Assembly: GCA_038087875.1 (NCBI GenBank)
Contig: CM075993.1
Span: forward strand, 8,744,001-8,808,000
DNA: 64,000 nt
Reading direction: 5' to 3'
From: Malacoraja senta
Lineage: Eukaryota
The translations under genes were made by a program, and so were the position numbers. The notes below the pieces were generated by a model. The model had not been told where the DNA came from. It did no database searches and worked only from the letters and a program-made list of their open reading frames with translations. Within the stretch, counting starts at the first letter, position 1. The number at the start of each line of letters is the position of its first letter. Of the stretch, positions 1-11,175 are shown one piece after another.

Positions 1-86
1 TTTTCTATTACAAATCTCAAATTGTCGAGTACAGAGGCAAATAAATAAATTATGGATCTTTGTCCCAAACATTATGGAGGGCACTG
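1..86. mobile_element. Terminus of a Tc1/mariner-like element (rest outside window)
   Basis: Ends TGTCCCAAACATTATGGAGGGCACTG followed by TA, the reverse complement of a TA-CAGTG Tc1-type TIR. Confidence 0.55.
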
Positions 87-453
87 TACATGTTTCAGTA
101 AGAACACTTTTCATTCTTATAAAGTTAAGATGGCATTGATTAACCTTTTCTCATATGACAAAGGCACGGACCCAGGAATTAATCTGGTGAGCTTCAGTTG
201 AATTCCTTCTACCATAGGTATATTTCTCGAATATGGAAAACTAGACCAATGCACAACATACCACATGCAATCTCACCAAGTGTCCAATACAAGTGAAGCA
301 AGATATCCCTACTCTGATACACAAATCCTATTGCAATAGGTCAACTTATCACTCACCATTCTAACTGTTTGTTATATCTGCATAATAACATCTTGCAATT
401 CTGATAGAAGGACACCCAGGTATCTGTAAACATTTGAATCTATCCAGTCATTT

Positions 454-850
454 TCATTCAGTAATCAGAAAAACACCTGGGAACGAGCTGTTTTTGAATC
501 TGGTGGAATGTGGTTTCAAGCTTTGGTATCTTCTATCTGATGGGAGAGGAAAGAGGAAATGACCACGGTATAAGTGATCCTTGTTTATGTTGGCCGCTTC
601 TCTTGTAGCCATGGGCAGGGCAGTTGCTAAACCAAGTTGTGAGTCATTGTAGAATTTTCTTAGTCTTCTGAGGAAGTAGAGATGTTGGTGCAATTGTTTT
701 GGCCGTGGCATCAATATGATCAGAATAGGACAAGTTATTGGTGATTTTGAAACCCAGAAACATGTCCACCTCCATTTCAGCATCTTTGATAGTGACTGGG
801 GCATGTACAAAAATCCTGAAAAAATTAACCCATTGGATGTCCTTGCCATC
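454..850 (-). mobile_element. Degraded Rex1/Babar-like LINE 3' fragment
   Basis: Translation retains [12 protein letters not shown] and LPSDRRYQSLK..TRFKNSSFP, homologous to the C-terminus at 13765-14265. Confidence 0.6.
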
Positions 851-1005
851 TAGAACTAAACCTGATCAGCTTAATTCAATCCAGGACCCTTACCTGTGTG
901 GATCCACATTAAAGTATAACCAGTTAAAATTACTGCTGGTTAAGGGATACGATAGAACTTTATTCATCCCCGGAGGGAAATTGTTCTGCCAACAGTCACA
1001 ACATA

Positions 1006-1995
1006 CAATAGACAATAGGTGCAGGAGTAGGCCATTCGAGCCAGCACCGCCATTCAATGTGAACATGGCTGATCATCCCCAATCAGTACCCCGTTCCTGC
1101 CTTCTCCCCATATCCCCTGACTCCGCTATTTTTAAGAGCCCAATCTAGCTCTCTCTTAAAAGCATCCAGAGAACCTGCCTCCACCGCCCTCTGAGGCAGA
1201 GAATTCCACAGACTCGCCACTCTCTGTGAGAAAGTGTTTTCTCGTCTCTGTTCTAAATGGCTTACTCCTTATTCTTAAACTGTGGCCCCTGGTTTTGGAC
1301 TCCCTCAACATCGGGAACATGTTTCCTGCCTTTAGCGTGTCCAAGCCCTTAACAATCTTACATGTTTCAATGAGATCCCCTCTCATCCTTCTAAACTCCA
1401 GAGTGTACAAGTCCAGCTGCTCCATTCTCTCAGCATATGACAGTCCCGCCATCCCGGGAATTAACCTTGTAAACCTACGCTGCACTCCCTCAATAGCAAG
1501 AATGTCCTTCCTCAAATTAGGGGACCAAAGCTGCACACAATACTCCATTAGGGCTCTGTACAACTGCAGAAGGACCTCTTTGCTCCTATATTTGATTCCT
1601 CTTGTTATATAGGCCAACATGCCATTCACTTTCTTCACTGCTTGCTTTACCTGCATGCTTACTTTCATAGACTGATGTACAAGGACCCCCAGATCCCGTT
1701 GTACTTCCCCTTTTCCCAACTTGACGCCATTTAGATAGTAATCTGCCTTCCTGTTTTTGCTACCAAAGTGGATAACCTCACATTTATCCGCATTAAACTT
1801 CATCTGCCATGCATCTGCTCACTCTCCCAACCTGTCCAAGTCACCCTGCATTCTCATAGCATCCTCCTCACAGTTCACACTGCAACCCAGCTTTGTGTCA
1901 TCTGCAAATTTGCTAATGTTACTTTGAATCCCTTCATCCAAATCATTGATGTATATTGTAAATAGCTGCAGTCTCAGCATCGAGCCTTGCGGTAC
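1006..1995 (-). mobile_element. CR1 LINE, 5'-truncated (RT C-terminal half and 3' UTR)
   Basis: [46 protein letters not shown] motifs; 3' UTR ending GGCCTACTCCTGCACCTATTGTCTAT. Confidence 0.9.
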
Positions 1996-3092
1996 AAGAT
2001 ACACAAAAACTTGAGATTAAAATTAAATTAAAATTGAAGAAAAGAAAGAAATAGACAAACGCAGGCTTATCCCCTGGGCAGAGGATTCTTAAACTAGAGT
2101 ACCCCCCCCCCCCGGGTCCCTCTTTGTACTCCCACCGTCCCTCACCGTGGTCCCCCCATGCCAGGTCCTCTCCATTGTTCTTCACGGTGGTCCCCCCACG
2201 CTGGGTCCTCTATTGTTCATCACGGCGGTACCGCCACGCCCCCATTTTTTTCCCTCCCCATCCCTCACGCTCATTGACCCCGCTGATCGTGAGTCGATCG
2301 TGAGGCCCCACCACTGCCAAGGCTCCCGCTGCCGCTGAGGCCCCACCGCTGCCTACGTCGAGGAGGCTCACGCTGCCGACAAGGCTCCTTCAGCCCAGAC
2401 AGTCCTCGCCGCCCCGGGGCGGGTCGAGCCTACTGGGTTCCGTTCCGGTCGGCAGCGCAGTTCTTCGAAGGGAGGATCAGGCCCGCGCAGCTCGCCGGGA
2501 CATAATTCACCCCACAGATGTGCAATAACATTCAGAAAGGGCATTCATGCAGAAATTCAAATCTCTGGAGTGTACTCAGAATACCTCATGATAAAGTAAA
2601 AAGGAATTTAGGAGAAACGTTTCAGCAAAAGTGTTTGGAATTTTATTTGCTGGCTGGAATTCATGGCATAGGAGGAGAGCATTTAGAACGTCACATGCAC
2701 ACTAGCTCAAAAAGTTACTTAAACAAATCTCTCTTTGAAGTTCTCAGCATGTGGCATTGTATGCAATGGCATTTCAAGTGCTCATCCAGCAACTTATTAG
2801 ACAGAATGGTTGAGAAGAATAGTACAGTTCAGTTCGAGGGAAGCTAGACAAAAACATGAGGGAGAACATAATAAAGGACATGAAGTGTTAGATCAGGAAA
2901 GATGTGGGGAAAGCTAATGTAGTACACAAAACGTTTTTGCAGGCCAGTTGGGTCAATTTGTTTGTTTTTGTAAATTAAACTTCATAATAGCCAGGCATGA
3001 TATTTTTGAAAATATCAGTATCTTTCAAAATAAAACAAGTATTGCAAGTTCAGCTTTAAAAATTATTAATAATTGTGTAAAGTATAACATAC

Positions 3093-3212
3093 CCATACAA
3101 GTAATTTTAGTTGCAGTGCTCTGAAAGCCAGTATGACAACGGCAGAAGTAAGAGCCTTGTGTGTTCACACAGTCCCCGTGCATACAGGGATTGCTTATAC
3201 ACTCATCTACAT
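3093..3212 (-). CDS. FBN2: Fibrillin coding exon, cbEGF3
   Basis: 120-bp exon absent from the ORF track. AACAG acceptor, GTATG donor. Reads [40 protein letters not shown], similar to FBN2/FBN3 cbEGF3. Confidence 0.9.
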
Positions 3213-3408
3213 CTGTTTAAAACAAAAATGTGACAAAACTGTGACAGAACATCAACATTATAGTTCAGTTGTGATAATGTCTAAAATTGTAACAACCTAC
3301 ATCATACCTTGCGTAAGCACATTTCAGACTAAAAAGAGTTGATTAAAAATTGTCAGCAACACACAGAGATTAACATCAACATATTCAACACAGTTATTCA
3401 AATCATAC

Positions 3409-3552
3409 CAATACATTCTCTTCTTGAATCAAGTTTATAGCCGATATAGCAATCGCAACGATAACTGGGGCCAGGAAGGGAAATGCAACGTCCATGGAAG
3501 CAGAGATTTTCAGTCTGGCAGATATCAGTAACATGAGTAACATTCAAAGGAC
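3409..3552 (-). CDS. FBN2: Fibrillin coding exon, non-calcium-binding EGF4
   Basis: 144-bp exon absent from the ORF track. TACAG acceptor, GTATG donor. Reads (S)PLNVTHVTDICQTENLCFHGRCISLPGPSYRCDCYIGYKLDSRRECI: 6 Cys, NVT sequon, in frame with neighbours. Confidence 0.88.
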
Positions 3553-3650
3553 CTGTAATAGAAATGTTAGAACATTTTATATGAAGTGACTTATCGCAAA
3601 AACAATGTTGAATAGTCTTAATGATGATAATAATAGTAGCATCAGCTTAC

Positions 3651-3836
3651 TGAAAGGACCCAGTGGTTGAAAAGGAAAGGGATGTGTATCAGGATATGGT
3701 TGGTCGATGGGTCTATGGGGACGAATAGGTCCACCAGGCCTGCGGGGTCTGACAGGTCCGATAGGTCCACCATCAGGCACAAATTCCGTTCTACGATCAT
3801 TCCAAGTTATATCCAAGCACAATTTAGTATATTCTT
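3651..3836 (-). CDS. FBN2: Fibrillin coding exon, end of TB1 plus Pro/Arg-rich unique region
   Basis: 186-bp exon, TCAG acceptor and GTAAG donor (3646-3650). Encodes EEYTKLCLDITWNDRRTEFVPDGGPIGPVRPRRPGGPIRPHRPIDQPYPDTHPFPFQPLGPF, supplying the last TB1 cysteine in frame with the previous exon. Confidence 0.88.
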
Positions 3837-5589
3837 CTGAAAGTATACAGGTAAATGTATATGTCATTATATTTACATGAGTAACAGAAAGGAGCATTTT
3901 TTTTCACTTGAAATTGATTATTTAAAAATTTCTTGAATATACAAATATGTTATTATTAAAACAGTACAATCAAGGAATACTACTCTGACCATTGTAAACT
4001 AAAATTGATGTTGACATTTCTTATGGAAGAATATTTTATTATGCTTGTGTGACATTCTGTTCTCGACTGAGAACATTTTGCGTAGCAACATGAGACTTAA
4101 GCACTAGGGATATTCTTTCAGTTTTAAATATTTCCAATTTATTACAATTAAATCATTGCTAAACTAAGCCAGGAGAAATCTATAATTGTATCATTCAATC
4201 ATTGCTTCCCAACTGTGATATGTTAATCCCTGTGACTCACAGGATATCAAGAGGCAAGTGTCAAGTGTTTTTATTGACATTTGTCTCAAAATGGAACAAA
4301 GAAATTCTTACTTGTAGCAGCACAACAGATATGAAAACATGGTACTCTATATTCAGGGGAGAAATAGGGGGATGGAGAATGTAATTTGCATTGGAGCATA
4401 AAGCATTGTATATCTATTTTAATTAAGGCTTATAGAAATGCTGTAATTCCAGAGGTGTAAAATGATATACACATGGAACAACAGATGCTGGAATCTTGAG
4501 CAAAACACAAAGTGCTGGAGTAACTTAGTGAGTCAGGCAGTGATGCTGCCTATCCATTTCCTCCACAGATACTGCCTGACCTGCTGAGATGCTCCAGCAG
4601 TTTGTGTTTGGAGCAAAATCGCGTTTTGACTCTCATACAATATGAAGTTTGCAGCTCAATTCCATTGTGGTTCCTCTCAATTGATTTGCTTCTTGGGACA
4701 GGAACAGAAACAAGTGTTTGTCCTGCCCTATATATATCTGAGGTGTAATTTACTATCAGTGATTAACTGCTTCATTACTGAGCTTCATCAGTGACCAAAA
4801 GTGATGGAGCTGCTTCCAGCATAACTGGATGGCAAAGTATCCTTGTACATGTATTCTATCCACAGTACTTGGCCTGCAATTGTACACTTTGCACCAGAAT
4901 CACTAAACTTAGATCTGTAATAAGTATGTATTTATTAATGTATTTTATAATATAAAGTATGTGATATTGTTCCTCAATCTTAAAAACATCTGAATGCATT
5001 TCAAGATATATAGGGAAATTTGGTCCAGGAGATGGTGGGAAAGTCTTTATCCTGTTTCATCTCCATCCTCATGATCCAGATCTTTGAAAGCAATTGAGTT
5101 TACATATAGCCTTTTCTAATCAGAAGCTGGTTAAATCTTCTGTCTTACCCTATGCTTATTCAGGGGCCTCACTGCCGCACTGATCTACTTAGTGACTTGC
5201 AAGCTAGAAATTTGTCCTAGTTCCCATGTTGATGGATAGCCTCTGCTATCAGGGATTCAGACAATTTGGATAATGGATTGACATACCCAGCTTGCTGAAC
5301 AGTGGCAAACACAATTATGTCATGTGAGGGGTGACATTATGGTCTCCTCAGCCCTCTGGATTTCACATTTACTCCATGCTCATGATTTCCAATGTCTTCA
5401 CCTTCTCCCGATCTCCAGCAACATCCCAGCTTTCACAATTTCCAACGTCTTTCCAGTCACAAGTTACAGTCACTGGAAAGTCACAATTCCCAGTCTTCTC
5501 CTCCAGATGCAACATTGGGAAAGAGCCTGATGCCTGCTTCTAGTTAAAGTAATGCAAGCCACATCAGCAATATGTGGCCAACAGCATAA

Positions 5590-5860
5590 TCAAGGACAAG
5601 TTGCATCCTGGTCACTCCCCCTTCTCCCCTCTCCCAACAGGCAAAAGGTACATCAACTATGAAAACGCACACCTCCAGATTTAGAGACAGTTTCTTCCCA
5701 GCTGTTATCGGGCAACTGAATCATCCTACCACAATCAGAGAGCAGTGTTTAACTATTATCTACCTCTTTGGTGACTCTCGGACTATCCTTGATCGGACTT
5801 TGCTGGTTTTACCTGTACCTCAGTACACGTGACAATAAACTAAATTGAAACTGAACTGAT
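5590..5860 (+). mobile_element. Rex1/Babar-like LINE 3' end fragment
   Basis: Degenerate IIKD..HPGHS.FSPL...RFRDSFFPAVI frame, then ACAATAAA and an (AACTG)n-like tail. Confidence 0.6.
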
Positions 5861-6102
5861 GCTCAGGGGACAAGCAATCCCGGTCACCCATGATTTACGA
5901 ACTTTCCTGGGGATTGCTACCTGTCGATCAACCAAATTCCCACCCAGTTCCCCCCTTGGTTAGGTGGATAACACCAGGTTATCATACCTTACCCAGTTTT
6001 AAAAGCTCTAAGAGCAGATAGTTTCAGTGGCCAGTGAAACAGTAAAGTTTGCTACTTTCTTAAAAGTACAAAAATTATGAAAAAACATAAAACAAGCCTT
6101 AC

Positions 6103-6255
6103 CAGTTCCACGCATTGGACACATTTCCGGAATCCTACCAGATGACCAACAGCGACCACTGTCACAACAACACTGCAATTTGGTATATGGTCTTGGAAGT
6201 TCATTTGCACAACGTCCATTAACCAGACTGGAGTAGCAAATTCCAACACGTGAAT
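6103..6255 (-). CDS. FBN2: Fibrillin coding exon, first TB (8-Cys) domain
   Basis: 153-bp exon, CAG acceptor and GTAAG donor, phase 1-1. Encodes [51 protein letters not shown] with the CCC motif; the CW-to-CP spacing matches FBN2/FBN3 (FBN1 is two residues longer). Confidence 0.92.
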
Positions 6256-9200
6256 CTGTTGAAATGGAAACAATTAATTTTAATGCAAAGTAATGAAAAG
6301 CAAATGAGAATAAATATTTCACTTTCAATATGTTAGCTATCGCTATTTGACAATACAAAATAAATGATAGCTAGATTACCACATTGATTTCTAATTAATA
6401 ACTGGTAACACTTTGTGACAAAGATAATAAATCCAATCACCATTTTGGCATTCTACTTTTAATCAGTCATAGTATTAAACTGTCCCGTAAACCAAAAGAA
6501 AACTATAAAAGCACAATCTCTCCAATCATCCCACCCACTGCACTTCCCTGGCCCCCATCACTGCTTCCTTAACTTCATCCAACCACTACTTCCATTCAAG
6601 CACTGCCAATCCCTGATCCCAGAAACAAGTCCCATCCCCTGTTAGCACAGATCCGATTGGAGTTGTGGCATCCAGTCATTCTGAATTTTATCTCTGAAAG
6701 AAATACTGAGTGATATATTTCAATATGTAAAGCCTGGTCAGAGACCAAAAGAGTGTTAGTTGACTGCTGGCACATGTAGCACATAATGGTGTGCTCATGT
6801 AGAAGATGTATATTTTTCACACTCAAGTCTGGCTCAGCAAGTGGCACATAGGAATAGACTGAGTGACAACCAAGAATAGTTTGGTGACTACTGGAGACAG
6901 TTGACGGCATGGAAAGACAGCACCCGGGAAAAGCTGGGTTAGCACCCCAGTCTGTGTCTTTCGTGAGAAAGTCACCCAATAAAGCTACGGAGAGGCCCAA
7001 TGAACCACCATGGCCTAAAAATCCATCAGGCGAGAGTGAAATGCTCGGAGGAGAAAGAGGTGCAGCGTACAGGCCTTGAACCTGGTGAGACGCAGGAGGA
7101 GCCCGGCCAGGACTCACCCCACAGAGCCCACTCCCGCCACGTACTAGAATCTCCCAACCCCTGCAGAGTAGTTATTAAGATGGCTGATCCGTGGGCGGTA
7201 GCTGCTGGGACGCAAGTCGGGGCCTGATCAACCCCGGCTGGGTCGCCTGGGCGAGGGTGTCTGATGTTGTGAGACCTGAAACACCCGATGACCCCAGATC
7301 ACATCGCTTGTCACCTTTGACAAATTCCATGATTCCTTGCGTTTTTCGGAATACCAAACACGTTTATTATGTCATGGTTAGGGTAGACAGTCAGAACCTT
7401 TTCTTCAGGGTGGAAATATTTAATACTAGAGATCGTAGCTTTGAGGGGAGAAAGTTTAACGCAGATGTCAAGTTTTGTTTTTACACAGACAGTAATAAGC
7501 GCCTGGAACGCGCTGCTTTGGGTGGTGGTGGAAGCAGAAACATTTGTGGCGTTTGTGAGGCTTTCAGATAGGCATGTAAATATGCAGGAAATGGTGGGAT
7601 ATGCAGGCAGAAGGAAACAGTTTAATTTGGCATCATGCTCTCCTCAGACATCATGAAAATGATGCCAAATTAAAGGGCATTTTTAATTTGAAGGCCTGTT
7701 CCTGTGCTGTACTGTTCAATGAGTATGCCAGAGCCGGATTTACCACTAGGCTTCGTAGGGTGAAGCCTACGGCCTCGAAATCTAGGAGGCCTCCGGCCAA
7801 GGCCGGACTCGAAATTAACAGTTGCCCGGGTGCCTAACGTCCTGCTGGGCAACCTAAAAGTTGTGTCATTTTGCCCGGCTTGGCAAGCACCCGGGACACC
7901 TGCCGCTCAACTCTGAGCGGGCCCCCCTCTCTATCTCTCTCTCTGTCAATCTCCGTCTGTGCCCGCCATCCGTATCCGGGTCTCCGCTCTCCGCTCGCTC
8001 CTCATCCGCCGGCACCGTCTGCCGCCTTGCACATGCTCACTGCCATGGCCAGCACATCCTCCTCCTGCACATGCGCACAACCACAGCCAGCACATCATCA
8101 GCCGCCCAGCACATGCGCACTGCCACGGCAACTGGTCGGCGCTGGGCACTTTCTCCCTCGCTTTGAATTGTGGGAGATCTGGCCGCCATTGTTGTCTGGT
8201 CGCCGCCTCGCCGCGACCGCTGAAAACCAACACAGAATCACTCCCTGGAGCTGGAGTAACTCTAGCTTCAGGTTTCCTGGTCCTCCAAAAATATTCTAAG
8301 TGGAATTTAAACTGGAGGTGGTAGAGGGTCCATCACCAAACTGCAAACTCTGAACAATAACAGCCTATTGCATTTTATCTGTTTATTTATTGTGTATATA
8401 TATGGTCTATGGTATATAAACACACTGAACTTTTATCTCCTGTTCTGTATTATGTGTACATATTCTGTTGTGCTGCAGCAAGCAAGAATTTAATTGTCCT
8501 ATCTGGGACACATGACAATAAAACTCTCTTGACTCTTGACTTGGACTTAAGCAAAAAAGGGTTCTTGGGGGAAAAAGAATGACCTTAAATTTAGTTGCGT
8601 CTGGTTGGGTAACTATGGTAGGATGAAGACTATTCCATGCTTTAATTGTGCAGGGGAACCCCATAGAGAAGCCAGCAACTCTGGATAGAAGAAATTGGGT
8701 GAAGTTTCGAGTAGAGACCCTTCTTTAGACTCCCTCTGGTTTTAGTGTTTTTAGTTTAATTTAAAGATACAGCGTGGAAACAGGCCCTTCGGCCCACCGA
8801 GTCCACGCCGACCACCGATCACCCGTACACTAGTTTTATCCCACACATTAGCGACGTAAGTCAAGAGTGTTTTATTCTCTCACGTCCCAGTTAGAACAAT
8901 GAAATCCTTACTTGCAGCAGCACAACAGACTATGTAAACATAGTACTCTGAGAACAATGTTATAAACGAGAAAACAAAACGGTGTATATTTATATATGAA
9001 TACATAACTATATAAATATATATATATGTGTGAGTGTGTGTATATATAATATATATATACCCACATACACACACACACACACAATTTCCTTCCTAGGATT
9101 AATAAAGTACTATCGTATAGTATCGTGTGTGTCGGAAGGAACTGCAGATGCTGGTTTAAACTGAAGAAAGACACAAAAAGCTGGAGTAACTCAACAGGTC

Positions 9201-9571
9201 AGTTAGATCTCTGGACAAAAGGAAAATATTACATTTTGGGTTGGGTCTGAAATAGGTTCCTGCACACCTTTGGATTGTGGAAGGAAACAAGAGCACCCGG
9301 AGAAAACACATGAGATCAAACGGAAAAGGAGCAAATTCCATACAGACAGCACCCATATTCAGGATCAATTCTGGGTCTCTGGCACTTTTAGGCAGCAACT
9401 TTATGGCCAATGTACTGCCCCATAGTCTTGAACTGAATTAAAACATACAGTAGCTGTAAAGGAGGACATAGAGTCACTTGGAGATTTAAGACGGAAAATG
9501 GATATTTTCATTTTTTTTAGTAACCAAAGTTATCAACGTATAATTTTTTGTGTGTTGGAAAATAAAATATA

Positions 9572-9797
9572 GTGGCACAGCTGGTAGACTTGCTGCCTAA
9601 CACGCCAGAGATCTGTGTTCGATCCTGTCCTCGGGCACTGTCTGTGTTGAATTTGCACATTCTCCCTGCAAACGTGTGGGTTTCATCCCACATCCTAAAG
9701 ACGGATTGGCTTTGTAGGTTAACTTGTCTCTGTAAACTTGCCCCTAATGTGCTGGGAGTGGGTGAGGAAACTGGGATAACAGAACTTGTGTGAATGG
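9572..9797 (+). mobile_element. tRNA-derived SINE (V-SINE/HE1-like), 3'-truncated
   Basis: A-box-like GTGGCACAGCTGG, B-box-like GTTCGATCC, central TTTGCACATTCTCCC..GGGTTT domain shared with 54913-55237. Confidence 0.7.
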
Positions 9798-10940
9798 GTA
9801 GACAAAAATGCTGGAGAAACTCAGCGGGTGAAGCAGCATCTGTGGAGCGAAGGAAATAGGCGATGTTCCGGGTCGAGACCCTTCTTCAGACTGATGTGAG
9901 GGTGGGGGGGACGCCAAGAAGAAAGGAAGAGGTGGAGACAGTAGGCTGAGGGAGAGCTGCGAAGGGACTACCTGGAATTGGAGAAGTCAATGTTCATATA
10001 GCTGGGGTGTAAACTGCCCAAGCGAAATATGAGTTGCTGCTCCTCCAATTTACAGTGGGCCTCACTCTGGCCATGGGAGAGGCCCAGGAAAGAAAGGTCG
10101 GATTTGGAATGGGAGGGGAAGTTGAAGTGCTGAGCCACCTGGAGATCAGGTTGGTTATTGCGAACCGAGCGAAAGTGTTGGGCGAAGCGATCGCCAAGCC
10201 TACGCTTGGTCTCACTAATGTAGAGCAGCTGACACCTAGAGCAGCGTAAGTAATAGATGAGGTTGGAGGAGGTGCAGGTGAACCTCTGCGGCACCTGGAA
10301 AGACTGCTTGGGTCCTTGAATGGAGGCAAGGTGGAAGGTAAAGCGACAAGTGTAGCATTTCTTACGGTTGCAAGGGAAAGTGCCAGGAGAGGGGGTGGTT
10401 TGGGTGGGAAGGGACGAGTTGACCAGCGAGTTACGGATGGAGCGGTCTCTGCGGAAAGCCAACAGGGGAGGAGTAGGAGAGATGTGGCCAGTGGTGGGAT
10501 CCCATTAGTAGACAAAAAAGCTGGAGAAAATCAGCGGGTAAGGCAGCATCTATGGAGCGAAGGAATGGGTGACGTTTTGGGTCGAGACCCTTCGTCAGAT
10601 TGATGTCGGGGGGGGGGGGACACACGAAAAATAAATGAAGAGGATGAGACAGTAGGCTGTGGGAGAGCTGGGAATGGGATGGGAAGGAGGGAGAAAGCAA
10701 GGACTACCTGAAATTAGAGAAGCCAATGTTCACACCGCTGGGGTGTAAACTAGCCAAGCAAATATTAGGTGCTGCTCCTCCAATATGCGGTGGAGGCCTC
10801 ACTCTAGCCATGAAGAAGGCCCAGGACAGAAAGGTCGGATTCGGAATGGGAGGGGGAGTTGAAGTGTTGAGCCTCTGGGAGATCAGGTTGGTTATTGCGA
10901 ACTGAGTGGAGGTGTTGTGCCTTCGCTTGGTCTCACCGAG
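9798..10940 (-). mobile_element. Penelope-like element, two tandem 3' segments (GIY-YIG endonuclease plus terminal repeat)
   Basis: ORF 9968-10462 has FTCTSSNLIYYLRCSRCQLLYISETKRRLGDRFAQH..VAQHFN; a second partial copy with its own terminal repeat lies at 10507-10940. Confidence 0.85.
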
Positions 10941-11175
10941 GTTGAATAATCCAACCACATTTTTGTTTGGAAGTGGAAAGAAATAATAGAAATAATAGAA
11001 ATTGCATTAATTGCAACGTGTAAAAAGAGTTGAGATACTGTATTATAATTTTGCTGCATGTCATTGTGGTATATATCATGTCTTGATCGGTGAATATGTT
11101 TAGATTGTGACTTTATTTGAAGCAGAAATAATATGTGAATGCTTCACTGAGCATAATTCCGACTGGTAACTACAC

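Noticed and set aside
3738..3752. RPRR furin-like site in the hinge
   Set aside because: Followed by Pro at P1', which generally disfavours cleavage; no other support.
6103..6255. LTBP instead of fibrillin
   Set aside because: The order cbEGF, TB, Pro-rich region, EGF, cbEGF and the residue-level similarity match the fibrillin N-terminal region.
6008..6358. ORF-track boundaries of the fibrillin ORFs (also 3577-3897 and 47200-47397) as whole genes
   Set aside because: Only the internal AG/GT-bounded segments are fibrillin-like; the flanks are intronic read-through.
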